A stretch of 64,000 bases of DNA from Octopus sinensis (taxonomy: Eukaryota), in the NCBI RefSeq assembly GCF_006345805.1, contig NC_043001.1, forward strand, positions 69,688,001-69,752,000. Reading direction: 5' to 3'. A program made the translations under genes and the position numbers. Below, in pieces: positions 12,210 to 23,080 of this stretch. Below the pieces are notes generated by a model. The model was given only the letters and a program-made list of their open reading frames with translations, did no database searches and was not told the DNA's origin. The first letter of the stretch is position 1, and each line of letters begins with the position of its first letter.

Positions 12210-12702
12210 GAATAACCTTAGCATTTGATTTTTCGATGTCCTTACCCCCAAACTTTTGTGAGTTAAATTAAGCAAACGCTATATATGAGAGAGATTTTCT
12301 TTAAGTATTAGAAATAGCTTTAAAAAAGTTTTTTAGCTGCTATTTCTAATGAGTTCAGTATGCGGCAAAGTAATTTATTTTACTAAGCCCTTTTATATAA
12401 TGTAATAATTTGAATTCGCCTTGAATGGTCCCTTTGCATACTGAACACTTGGTGAAATTGATTAATAATTAATTAATTTTGCCCTCAATTGTTGAAATTA
12501 TAATTAATCTCCCTCTGATTAATGCTTCGGATTTTACCGAAATAAGCATAGTGTTTGATGATTTTAACCCACGCTGGTGGAAAGGGGAGAACAAGATTCT
12601 TCGCTTGCTTATTTGAATTTGTTGACACTGTTAGTTACGAGCAGATCTTCGAAGGGGTATGTTCTTATTTTCAGTGTTTCCAAATCCAAACCAGGAATTT
12701 CT

Positions 12703-12753
12703 GAGCTGATGATAGAAGTGTTGTTTTTGACTAATCTTGAAACGTACGTTCTC
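12703..12753 (+). ncRNA. Hammerhead-like motif, array copy R6
   Basis: Identical to the R1 motif. Confidence 0.78.
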
Positions 12754-13247
12754 GAATAACCTTAGCATTTGATTTTTCGATGTCCTTACCCCCAAACTTT
12801 TGTGAGTTAAATTAAGCAAACGCTATATATGAGAGAGATTTTCTTTAAGTATTAGAAATAGCTTTAAAAAAGTTTTTTAGCTGCTATTTCTAATGAGTTC
12901 AGTATGCGGCAAAGTAATTTTTTTACTAAGCCCTTTTATATAATGTAATAATTTGAATTCGCCTTGAATGGTCCCTTTGCATACTGAACACTTGGTGAAA
13001 TTGATTAATAATTAATTAATTTTGCCCTCAATTGTTGAAATTATAATTAATCTCCCTCTGATTAATGCTTCGGATTTTACCGAAATAAGCATAGTGTTTG
13101 ATGATTTTAACCCACGCTGGTGGAAAGGGGAGAACAGAGATTCTTCGCTTGCTTATTTGAATTTGTTGACACTGTTAGTTACGGGCAGATCTTCGAAGGG
13201 GTATGTTCTTATTTTCAGTGTTTCCAAATCCAAACCAAGGAATTTCT

Positions 13248-13298
13248 GAGCTGATGATAGAAGTGTTGTTTTTGACTAATCTTGAAACGTACGTTCTC
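13248..13298 (+). ncRNA. Hammerhead-like motif, array copy R7
   Basis: Identical to the R1 motif. Confidence 0.78.
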
Positions 13299-13790
13299 GA
13301 ATAACCTTAGCATTTGATTTTTCGATGTCCTTACCCCCAAACTTTTGTGAGTTAAATTAAGCAAACGCTATATATGAGAGAGATTTTCTTTAAGTATTAG
13401 AAATAGCTTTAAAAAAGTTTTTTAGCTGCTATTTCTAATGAGTTCAGTATGCGGCAAAGTAATTTATTTTACTAAGCCCTTTTATATAATGTAATAATTT
13501 GAATTCGCCTTGAATGGTCCCTTTGCATACTGAACACTTGGTGAAATTGATTAATAATTAATTAATTTTGCCCTCAATTGTTGAAATTATAATTACTCCC
13601 TCTGATTAATGCTTCGGATTTTACCGAAATAAGCATAGTGTTTGATGATTTTAACCCACGCTGGTGGAAAGGGGAGAACAGAGATTCTTCGCTTGCTTAT
13701 TTGAATTTGTTGACACTGTTAGTTACGGGCAGATCTTCGAAGGGGTATGTTCTTATTTTCAGTGTTTCCAAATCCAACCAAGGAATTTCT

Positions 13791-13841
13791 GAGCTGATGA
13801 TAGAAGTGTTGTTTTTGACTAATCTTGAAACGTACGTTCTC
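13791..13841 (+). ncRNA. Hammerhead-like motif, array copy R8
   Basis: Identical to the R1 motif. Confidence 0.78.
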
Positions 13842-14334
13842 GAATAACCTTAGCATTTGATTTTTCGATGTCCTTACCCCCAAACTTTTGTGAGTTAATT
13901 AAGCAAACGCTATATATGAGAGAGATTTTCTTTAAGTATTAGAAATAGCTTTAAAAAAGCTTTTTAGCTGCTATTTCTAATGAGTTCAGTATGCGGCAAA
14001 GTAATTTATTTTACTAAGCCCTTTTATATAATGTAATAATTTGAATTCGCCTTGAATGGTCCCTTTGCATACTGAACACTTGGTGAAATTGATTAATATT
14101 AATTAATTTTGCCCTCAATTGTTGAAATTATAATTAATCTCCCTCTGATTAATGCTTCGGATTTTACCGAAATAAGCATAGTGTTTGATGATTTTAACCC
14201 ACGCTGGTGGAAAGGGGAGAACAGAGATTCTTCGCTTGCTTATTTGAATTTGTTGACACTGTTAGTTACGAGCAGATCTTCGAAGGGGTATGTTCTTATT
14301 TTCAGTGTTTCCAAATCCAAACCAAGGAATTTCT

Positions 14335-14385
14335 GAGCTGATGATAGAAGTGTTGTTTTTGACTAATCGTGAAACGTACGTTCTC
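14335..14385 (+). ncRNA. Hammerhead-like motif, array copy R9
   Basis: As R1, but ATCGT instead of ATCTT before GAAA, which disrupts the first helix II pair. Confidence 0.68.
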
Positions 14386-14576
14386 GAATAACCTTAGCAT
14401 TTGATTTTTCGATGTCCTTACCCCCAAACTTTTGTGAGTTAAATTAAGCAAACGCTATATATGAGAGAGATTTTCTTTAAGTATTAGAAATAGCTTTAAA
14501 AAAGTTTTTTAGCTGCTATTTCTAATGAGTTCAGTATGCGGCAAAGTAATTTATTTTACTAAGCCCTTTTATATAA

Positions 14577-14591
14577 TATATATATATATAC

Positions 14592-14630
<39 letters not shown>

Positions 14631-14850
14631 TGTGTGTGTATGTCTGTGTGTCTGTGTCTGTCCCCCCAACATCGCTTGACAACCGCTGTTGGTGTGTTTA
14701 CGTCCCTGTAACTTAGCGGTTCGGCATAAGATACCGATAGAATAAGTACTAGGCTTACAAAGAATGGGGTCGATTTGGTCGACTAAAGGCGGTGTTCCAG
14801 AATGGCCGCAGTCAAACGACTGAAAAAAGTAAAAGAGTAAAGAGTAATAG
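14577..14850 (+). mobile_element. SINE family A internal (TA)n/(TG)n and 3' tail segment
   Basis: CATCGCTTGACAACCG..GTAACTTAGCGGTTCGGC..GGCCGCAGTCAAACGACTGAA..GTAAAAGAGTAAAGAGTA matches the tail of the copy at 37251-37657. Confidence 0.85.
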
Positions 14851-14896
14851 AATATATATACCCTGCGTATACATAATGTGTGTATGTGTATACTGT

Positions 14897-14929
<33 letters not shown>

Positions 14930-15511
14930 TATATATATTATATATATATATATATAAACAAGCCGAGTATAGAGATAGAAGAGGTAAACCACAATATCAT
15001 TGGATATATGGGCTATTTTTATTGAATGATATTATGGACAGTTATATACAGAACTTCAAATTTGTGACAGATATTCAGCTATCGTCGGCCCAGTGTGTTG
15101 TGTGTAAGAAACGTCTAGTGAAAACGCCTGTAAATATTCACTGAATGGTCAATAAACAGGCAATATTAATTTCTATTGCCATGTCATTAGAATTTGAGGG
15201 ATATTTACACACGCACTCACACGAATATATGCGCGCTCACACATACTCACAGATATACACACATGTACACACACACACAAACACATACACGCATATATAC
15301 TGACACACACCCACTGCTATTCCCTCCCTTCCTCTTCTCTCTCCCTCTGTATTATTCTCATAACAATTTTAGTTGACATTTGTTATTAATTAGTATGCGC
15401 TCATAAATAATATATCACATTTGCCCGATTTAGTAATAAATACTATAAGTATCCCATTGTTGCATTATATTCGTTGGGGCTATGAAACTTATTTGCAGTC
15501 ATATATGAATT

Positions 15512-16515
15512 TCTTGTAGGGGTGACTGTGTCGTAAGAAACTTGTTTCCCAACCACATGGTTCCGAGTGCAGCCCCACTCCGTGGCCCCTTTTGGCCAAG
15601 CACGCGGAATTCTGTTCTTGATTCGACGGTCATTCGGAATGCTCACAGCAGCCATATCCCTACCACTCTATGTCACGCTGGTGAGACCCATATTGGAGTA
15701 TGGGATTCAAGCCTCTTCTCCTTATCTCCTCAAAGACATACAGCATCTCGAAAGAGTCCAGAAGCTGGCTACCCGCATGGTTCATGGTCTCAAAAATTTG
15801 TCCTACGAAGAAAGGCTGAGGACGCTCGACCTTTATTCTCTTGAAAAACGCCGCCGCCGTGGTGATCTCATTCTCGCCCACAACATCATAAGCGGAAAGT
15901 GTAACCTCTCGAAAGAGCTGTTCTTCACTCCTGCTCCAGAGCGTCGGCTGCGGGGTCATTCCGAAAAGCTCTACCTGCGACGATTTCATCTCAATCGAAG
16001 GAGAGGAGCTTTCTCCGTCTGGGTTGCGGATCCGTGGAACAAGCTGCCAGACGAGATGGTGAAGATGCCGACGACCGCTTTGTTCAAAGCCTCCCTTGAC
16101 CTCAAGTGGCCTGAACTCTTTACATGAACACCACCCTGTACTTAACTCCATGTCCCCCTACATGGCCTTGCTATTTGCTTTTGAGCCAAATTAACTAACT
16201 AACTAACTACTATAGACTCGGGTGACTAAGGCCTTTTCAGTGGATTTGGTTGACCGAAACTGAAATTAGCCCGTCGTATATATATATATTTATGTGTGTG
16301 TGTGTGCGTGTGTGTGTGTGAGCGTGTGTATATGTGTGTGTTTATTTGTGTGTCTGTGTTTCCCCACCATCGCTTGACAACTGGTGTTGGTGTATTTATG
16401 TCCCCGTATCTTAGCGGTTAAGCAAAAGAAACCGATAGAATAAATACTTGGCTTACAAAGTATAAGTCCTGTGCTCCAGCATGACTGCAGTCAAATGTCT
16501 GAAACATGTAAAATT
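15512..16515 (+). mobile_element. SINE family A split by a CR1 insertion (SINE parts 15512-15600 and 16207-16515)
   Basis: The head ends ..TTTGGCCAAG at 15600. The body resumes CTACTATAGACTCGGG at 16207, followed by the microsatellite and tail. Confidence 0.8.
15601..16206 (+). mobile_element. 5'-truncated CR1-clade LINE 3' end with (TAAC)n tail
   Basis: LYVTLVRPILEYG..IQHLERVQKLATRMV..LSYEERL..LEKRRRRGDLI..WNKLP (RT C-terminal region, ORF ends at 16127), a short 3'UTR, then TAACTAACTAAC. Confidence 0.9.
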
Positions 16516-16599
16516 GTAACCACCGAATTTTCGCTGGGTTGTACATGATGAGGAAATATAATTGTACAATTCAACAACGAACAAATTTACTCTGTACAG

Positions 16600-17008
16600 T
16601 TAAAGTAAAAAAAAAATTTTGAGTCTGCATCTTGTAACCTCTTATCACTAACTAGAAACATGACTAATACAATTTTCAACATTTGGAGCATGATAACTAC
16701 TAAATTTGCAACATTAGTTCGACCGACATAGAAACAAGTATAGTGCCATCTATAGACTGTTCTATAGACTATTCCCTATATTCTCACGAGCCAACGAAGG
16801 GAGATCACAAATTCTTCTGGTAATGGAGTCCAGTTTCCCTCATAACACACCATATCATCATAGAAAGCTGACATATTAGATACAAATACATGATGGTCGC
16901 GGCGTAAATGATTTTTATGAAAAGTTTTCGATAGTCATGTTCTAACTAAGGTTAAATGAAACAAAAAAGATCTGATGAAAACTGATCTTGACTTAAGCGG
17001 AAATATGT
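16600..17008 (+). mobile_element. ~400-bp interspersed element with subterminal inverted repeats and a 3' hairpin (Helentron/HINE-like), copy 1
   Basis: Highly similar to 23161-23564. SubTIRs TAGAAACATGACTA (16653-66) and TAGTCATGTTCTA (16932-44). Hairpin AAGATC..GATCTT (16967-89). The class assignment is inference. Confidence 0.5.
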
Positions 17009-17620
17009 TCATTAATCGAAGGCGATTTTTACTGCCAATTTGGTATTTTGTTGTTTCTAGTTTATCATTAGATAATTGAGGTCACAGGTTCGAGCAAGTA
17101 AGTTATGAAACCATGACCCATCTAAATTTAAAATATCGCGGAATATAAATAATTTCACGTCTCAGCAACTCTTGATTTGGAATATTATTCATGGTATAGA
17201 TGGTGTGCTTTGAGTACTTTAGGAAATAAATAAGCTGTGTCAAACACAGACCTTTGCAGTAGCAAAACTACAAATGATCAAAATTGAAATCTTTGGTTCA
17301 TGTAAATTGCATTTATTGTTTATGAGAACGGTGTCACGAAGATACATTCAGTAAATTGTCTTGAAATCTTCATGGTCAGTATTGTTTAGAAACAATATCG
17401 AATTTACTCGGACAGTAAAGATACAATCTTGTGTTGGTAGTGAAATGCGTTTTAGGGAATATAGGAAATTATTGATTTTATATGCACTTTTAAAAATTTA
17501 GGAAAGAACAATATAATTGACTGAATCGGTTCCTTTTTTCTCTTCAAAGTTATAGAATAAACCCCACCTCAAAAGAATGAACATATATTTCAATGTATCA
17601 AAATAATAAGAAAAATGATA

Positions 17621-17624
<4 letters not shown>

Positions 17625-17656
<32 letters not shown>

Positions 17657-17697
17657 GTAGTAGTAGTAGTAGTAGTAGTAGTAGAGTGTTGGTAGTG

Positions 17698-17735
<38 letters not shown>
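17625..17735. repeat. Compound (TTA)n(TAG)n microsatellite
   Basis: Read directly from the sequence. Confidence 0.95.
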
Positions 17736-17736
<1 letters not shown>

Positions 17737-17879
17737 AGAGTTGCCAGGATTGTATTGAAGCAGAGGAAAACAGCCTAGGTACTACATAAAAAATGCCGTG
17801 GAGCCACGATGTCATCAAACTGAAAATTGTGTAACTAAAGAAAAATTTAAACAAACGAACAAAAAATTAAATAAATAAA

Positions 17880-18575
17880 AAGCATGGGACGAAAAGGAAA
17901 TGTACGGTGAGTTTGGAGGCCAAGACAGATACAGAGGACCGGTGGCTATGGATGAGGAGGACTGACCTGAAGTTAGAGATAGAAGCACTCATATGTGCAG
18001 CTCAGGACCACCTATATGAAGTAAAGAATTGACAACAGTACCGGTTGTGACAAATGCAGAATGTGTGGTGAGAGGGGTGTGGCACATCTTTAGTGAATGC
18101 CCGAAATTGGCAAAACGTGAATGCAAAAGACGCCTTAACCAATGTGGCAAGAATAATCCATTAGGAGCTCTGTCTAAATCACAGTATACAAAGAGCAAAG
18201 TTGGGAAGGAGCCACTGTAAATAAGAATTGCAAAATCCTGTAGGAGGCAATGATCCAATGCGATCCACCGACCAGACATCGGAAACCGGACTTTGTTGCG
18301 GTAAATAAAAAAGCAAAAAACATGCATGATAATCGATATAGCATGTCCCGGGGACAACAGGATCAATGTGAAAGGAGGGAAATAAACAACTATGACGATT
18401 TGAAGAGGGAAATACGAAGATTGTGGTCAATGAAGAGAGTAGATGTCATACCTATATTAATTGATGCATTTGGAACTATCAGCACCCAGCTACCAACATG
18501 GCTCAAAAATATCGGTACAAATGTAAACACAGAACATCTACGAAAATCAGTATTGCTTCGAACTGCAAGAAATCT
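17880..18575 (+). mobile_element. Decayed R4/Dong-type LINE 3' fragment (zinc knuckle and REL endonuclease)
   Basis: WHIFSECPKLAKRE..RKPDFVAVNK..YDDLKREIRRLWSMKRVDVIPILIDAFGTIS..LRKSVLLRTAR, spread over frameshifted frames. Confidence 0.8.
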
Positions 18576-18609
18576 TCCCAGGTACAAAGGAATAATGTAT
18601 CGTGATATA

Positions 18610-18742
18610 TACTATGATATACACATCTGATATATATATGATATATACTATGATATGCAGATGTGTAATTTATGCATTTTGCACTCGAGTTCATTAATTT
18701 CTAAAGAATTTCGTTTACAATCGTTTATGCGATATGCTAATG

Positions 18743-18745
<3 letters not shown>
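18610..18745 (+). repeat. Short interspersed repeat, left copy of an inverted pair
   Basis: GCATTTTGCACTCGAGTTCATTAATTTCTAA is the reverse complement of 19622-19725. Confidence 0.7.
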
Positions 18746-18798
<53 letters not shown>

Positions 18799-19328
18799 CT
18801 TCGTAACACAGTGTACGTAAAAATGCACCGGAGTCTTTAGTCATCTGTCAAGTCACAACAAGGACCTCAGAGAGATAATACATTCCGTAAGATGTGCGCT
18901 ATGCCCAATAAGGCTGCTTTTTACAAGACGTCAATCTTGCATGGGATTTCTCGTTGCCTTAAGAAGTTTTGAAGTTTCAATGGGATTGCGCCCTTTTATG
19001 TACCAAATTGTTTCCCCATAATCCGCTCCAGAATTCCGTGGCTTGATTTGCGTCAGGAGCAACATTTCCCCGATTCTTTACTAACGTTCTAAAGAATTAC
19101 TCTGGGTTATTTTTGAACAATCTGTTCTCCTCTAAGTGCTTATTTCTGTTCACAAATCTTGTGATCTTCTGGCTTTTTGCCATGATCTTCTGCTCTAACT
19201 GCTCTATTACTGCATCAAACCTGTTCTTCCATATTTTATATTTCTTCTCTAATTTTTCCCGGTCGGTATTTTTCCCATTTTCCCATAACCTCTTAACTTT
19301 AAGTGTATATTATTATTATTATTATTAC

Positions 19329-19372
<44 letters not shown>
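18745..19372 (-). mobile_element. Internally deleted R4/Dong-type LINE flanked by (TTA)n tracts
   Basis: Minus strand: LEQKIMAKSQKITRF..ENRLFKNNP..PDANQATEFWSGLWG (N-terminal region) is joined directly to ..KAALLGIAHILRNV (extreme C-terminus), followed by a (TAA)n tail. Confidence 0.7.
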
Positions 19373-19373
<1 letters not shown>

Positions 19374-19424
19374 ATCTGCGCTCGGTAGTGCAGTGAAAGC
19401 ACGTGATAAATATGACTACTGAAT

Positions 19425-19477
19425 AGTAATAATAATAATAATAATAATAATATGAAGAAGAAGAGGAAGGAGAAGAA

Positions 19478-19510
<33 letters not shown>

Positions 19511-19625
19511 GAAGAAGAAGAAGAAGAAGGAGGAGGAGAAGAAGAAGAAGAAGAAGAAGAAGATAAAGAAGAAGAAGAAGAAAAAGAAGAAGAAGAAAAA
19601 GAAGAAGAAAAAGAAGAAGACAAAG
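19425..19625. repeat. Compound (TAA)/(GAA)/(GAT) microsatellite
   Basis: Read directly from the sequence. Confidence 0.95.
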
Positions 19626-19725
19626 AAAGCATTGATATGTCGTATAAACGAACATAAATCAACTTCCTTAGAAATTAATGAGCTCGAGTGCAAAATGCAC
19701 AAATTACAGATGTGTATATCATAGT
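19622..19725 (-). repeat. Short interspersed repeat, right copy of an inverted pair
   Basis: Reverse-complement homolog of 18610-18745. Confidence 0.7.
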
Positions 19726-19794
19726 ACATTACAGTTTATCTGTCATATTCTATTCAATGTATAGTATATTTGTTATATTTAATATATATTTCAG

Positions 19795-19905
19795 TAGGCA
19801 AGATGGCAGGCTGGTTAGCTCGCCGGATGAATTGCTTAGCAGAATTTCGTCCGTCTTTACGTTCTGAGTTCAAATTCCTCCGGGGTCGAATTTACCTTTC
19901 ATTTT
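19795..19905 (+). mobile_element. Degenerate SINE family B fragment
   Basis: ATTTCGTCCGTCTTTACGTTCTGAGTTCAAATTCC..GGGTCGAATTTACCTTTCAT resembles 61205-61432. Confidence 0.6.
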
Positions 19906-20049
19906 CTCAGGGTCTACCTAAGCCCTGCCTAAAATTGCTGATCTTATGCCAAAATGTGAGACCACTGGTAATATTATCATATTTGGTAGGCAAGTGCAAA
20001 TATTTATGAACTAATATAAAACTATGCAGCTTTCACAGGGGAAATGAAG

Positions 20050-20560
20050 TGAAGAAACAGAAGGTAAATCTGGACGAGAAATAGAAATTCGGAAATTTTC
20101 TCATCAGATTTTTCCTCTTCTGCCCATGGAGCACATGTCATACTGTATCATCGAATTTTAGGATTAGTCGAACAAATCGAAGCCAATAATAATCTTAAAT
20201 CTGACACTTCTATGCGACATTTTCTGCTGAGCCACAAAGTTACGAAAATGTGAACAAAATAACGCCTCTTATAGAGCGGTGGTGGAAAAACATAGACTTA
20301 ACGCGATATACATGGACGTATATATTCACACATGTCTTGAGCAGGAATCTCCGACTGTAGTCCCGCACCTACCAGAAAATATTTTTTGGTTTAGGAGTGA
20401 ACCTGAACCATATGATTGCGATGTGAGCTTCTTCACTTGTGGGCCGTGTCTCTTAATAAACTGGTTATACCTCTGAAAGCAATCTATGCATACACCAGAG
20501 AAATTTGACAGCGACGAACGAATACGCATTACATTTCAGAAAGTAACTGCTATTTCTAAC
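20050..20560 (-). mobile_element. Highly decayed mariner-like transposase remnant
   Basis: Minus-strand fragments VVKFL.. and KSMFFHHRSIRGVILF.. weakly resemble the mariner N-terminus and the KVMLxVFWDxxGVIL motif. Confidence 0.35.
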
Positions 20561-21420
20561 AAAATAATTTTGATGTTATATCTCATTTACATAAAATTCA
20601 ACATAATTAGATTTTACTCTCCTTTCATTTTATGGATAAATATGTACAGGAAATCCGACTCCCATTTCTTGTTTATTATCGATTGTAATAATAACTGAAT
20701 GAAGATCCAATATTTATCGTCTATAGACAGACTGTCAGTTTTCAGTTTTAAGTTAACGCATGCTATGTTGATTAAGCTATCTTTGCCATCTCAATATAAT
20801 ATTTGATATAAATGTTTGTTTGTTGATTTCTCTATTCACGCTTTACATTGCATACAGAAGAGAGTAAAAGTCTGACAAATTTATAATAAGCAGTGCAGGA
20901 GTAGAGGACATACCAGGCATGGTGCCACCCAATGGGTAAAAGAACGTTACACAAACAGTGAGACAGATAGGATGATAGAGACATATAGAAGTGGGGAAGA
21001 AGGAGGAGCGGAGTAAAGGGAGTAAATTACAGTGTATTTATGGGAGCAGTTACGCAAAAAAGAAACACGCGTAAGGTTATTTTGTTATTTACGTAGGCAC
21101 AGTGTGACAGCGATTGGCATATTTATATTTCATTCCGTAGTAACATATTGTGAATGACGAATGAGTATGCCATCCCTTTGTTATTTAATTTCATTTTAAG
21201 TACTCATTATATCATATGTATAAGCACCAAGAAAATTTACATTAGCTAAATTATAATTAGTGATTGTATTCCATAATTCCCGATACCACCCATGGTGGCA
21301 AAGTATATTTTAAAAGTTACCCATTATATTATAGGTAAGGGATTAATTGTTCTAACATTTAGCTTCCATGGTGGTTGTAAGATAATCAAAGTTATTCAGA
21401 TGTTTATTTGGTAAGTGAAA

Positions 21421-21772
<352 letters not shown>

Positions 21773-23056
21773 GTCCCCCCAAAAATTATACACACTTTAC
21801 CGGTTGATAACTCAACTGATGTTTTTACTTTCCGTATGAAGCCCAATGGTATTAATGATGGCAGATAGACTAAGATTTGAACAAAGGAAATTCATTCTAA
21901 AATGCTACTGAATGTGTGAAATTGCAGTTGAAGTACACAGACAGTTTTGGAGGGAGTATCAAACAGATCCACCAATGTGCCTTACCATCACCCGAATCAG
22001 AGATAATTTTTAACGCGATGGAACAGTTCAGAATGTTCACGAGAAGCTTTCCTGTAGACCAGGAACATCGATAACTCCCACAAACCGAGAAGGAGTGCTT
22101 GACACTTATCACCAATGACCATGAACATCTATGCGGGAAGCGAGTCGTGAGGTAGCTATGTCAAAATCGTCTGTCTAACGCATGTCAATGGAAAAGTTAC
22201 GTTCCAAGGTTAGTCCATGCTACTAATGATGATGATCCAGACTGAAGAGCGCAGTATTGCGAATGGTACTTAGCACGATGTGTAGAAGATGCACACTTTC
22301 CAACAAAGATTGTGTGGAGTGATTAGGCCACATTCAAATTAAATGGTTCAATTAACCGCCAACACTGCACCTACAGGGGACCTGAGAATCCGCATGTTAT
22401 ATAGGAACACCATGTTAATTTACCAGGAGTTGAAGTGTGGTGTGGCTTATCATCAAGAGGATCAATTGGACCATTTTGTTTTGACGCTACTGTGACTGGT
22501 CCCGTTTAGTTAAACTTACTGCAACAGACTGTCATGCCAAGCATTAGATAATACTTTGGAGTGATAAGAGGATACAAGATGCAGACTCAATATTTTTTTT
22601 ACTTTAATCTGTTCGATAAGACTTTGTTTCAGCAAGATGGGGCACCTCCATACTACCATCGCGATGTTAGATCCTTCCTTGGTATGATCTTGCTAAACAA
22701 GAAGGGGTTTCGTTGAATACCCTCCACGTTCACCGGACCTCACACCACTAGTCTTTTTTTATGGGAATACCTAAAAGACAAAGTCTACACTATGAAACCT
22801 GCAACAGTCGCTGATTTGAGAGCAGCCATTGAACGAGAATGCACACAGATACCAAACCAATTGTTTCGTGATGTTTGCGATTCCATTGCTTCGCGTTGCC
22901 AGTATTGCCTGGACCAGAACGAACTCAGTTTGTAAAAAGTTGTTGAAAAAACAATAAAATATTGTCTGTAGTTTCTATTAAATTTTGAAAACGAAATGTA
23001 TTTTAATAAACTTTACAATTATCTAAAGTGTGTATACATTATTTGGGGACACCCTG
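21773..23056 (+). mobile_element. Decayed Tc1/mariner-superfamily DNA transposon (DDxD, maT-like)
   Basis: TIR-like ends TGTCCCCCCAAAAATTATACACACTTT and AAAGTGTGTATACATTATTTGGGGACACCCTG, each flanked by TA. Transposase motifs IVWSD*ATFKLNG, VWCGLS, FQQDGAPPY and PPRSPDLTPL, with stops. Confidence 0.85.
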
Positions 23057-23080
23057 TATATATACATACATACATATATA

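Larger units (their letters stand above)
9690..14576 (+). repeat. Right arm of the ~545-bp array, inverted relative to the left arm (~9 monomers); ribozyme-sense strand is plus
   Basis: GCCTTGAATGG recurs at 9690, 10235, 10782, 11328, 11873, 12418, 12961, 13507 and 14049. The arm ends ..AAGCCCTTTTATATAAT in a (TA)n tract. Confidence 0.97.

Noticed and set aside
6531-14336. Repeated 60-93 aa ORFs in the array (MPSIVEIIINL.., MLNLTHKSLG..) as protein-coding genes
   Set aside because: Non-ATG starts, no recognisable domain, frame-breaking indels between copies and no conservation in the homologous family ii. The conserved signal is RNA structure.
6308-14576. CRISPR-like or rDNA array
   Set aside because: Whole monomers are repeated with no unique spacers, there are no cas genes, and no rRNA motif was recognised.
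16967-17008. CTGATGA at 16972 (and 23528) as a hammerhead core
   Set aside because: No helix II closing onto GAAA and no helix I partner. It lies in the loop of the element's 3' hairpin.
19249-19729. Low-complexity ORFs (poly-K, poly-L, poly-S; also the YI/HT/CV repeats near 36000, 47450 and 51800)
   Set aside because: These are translations of microsatellites.
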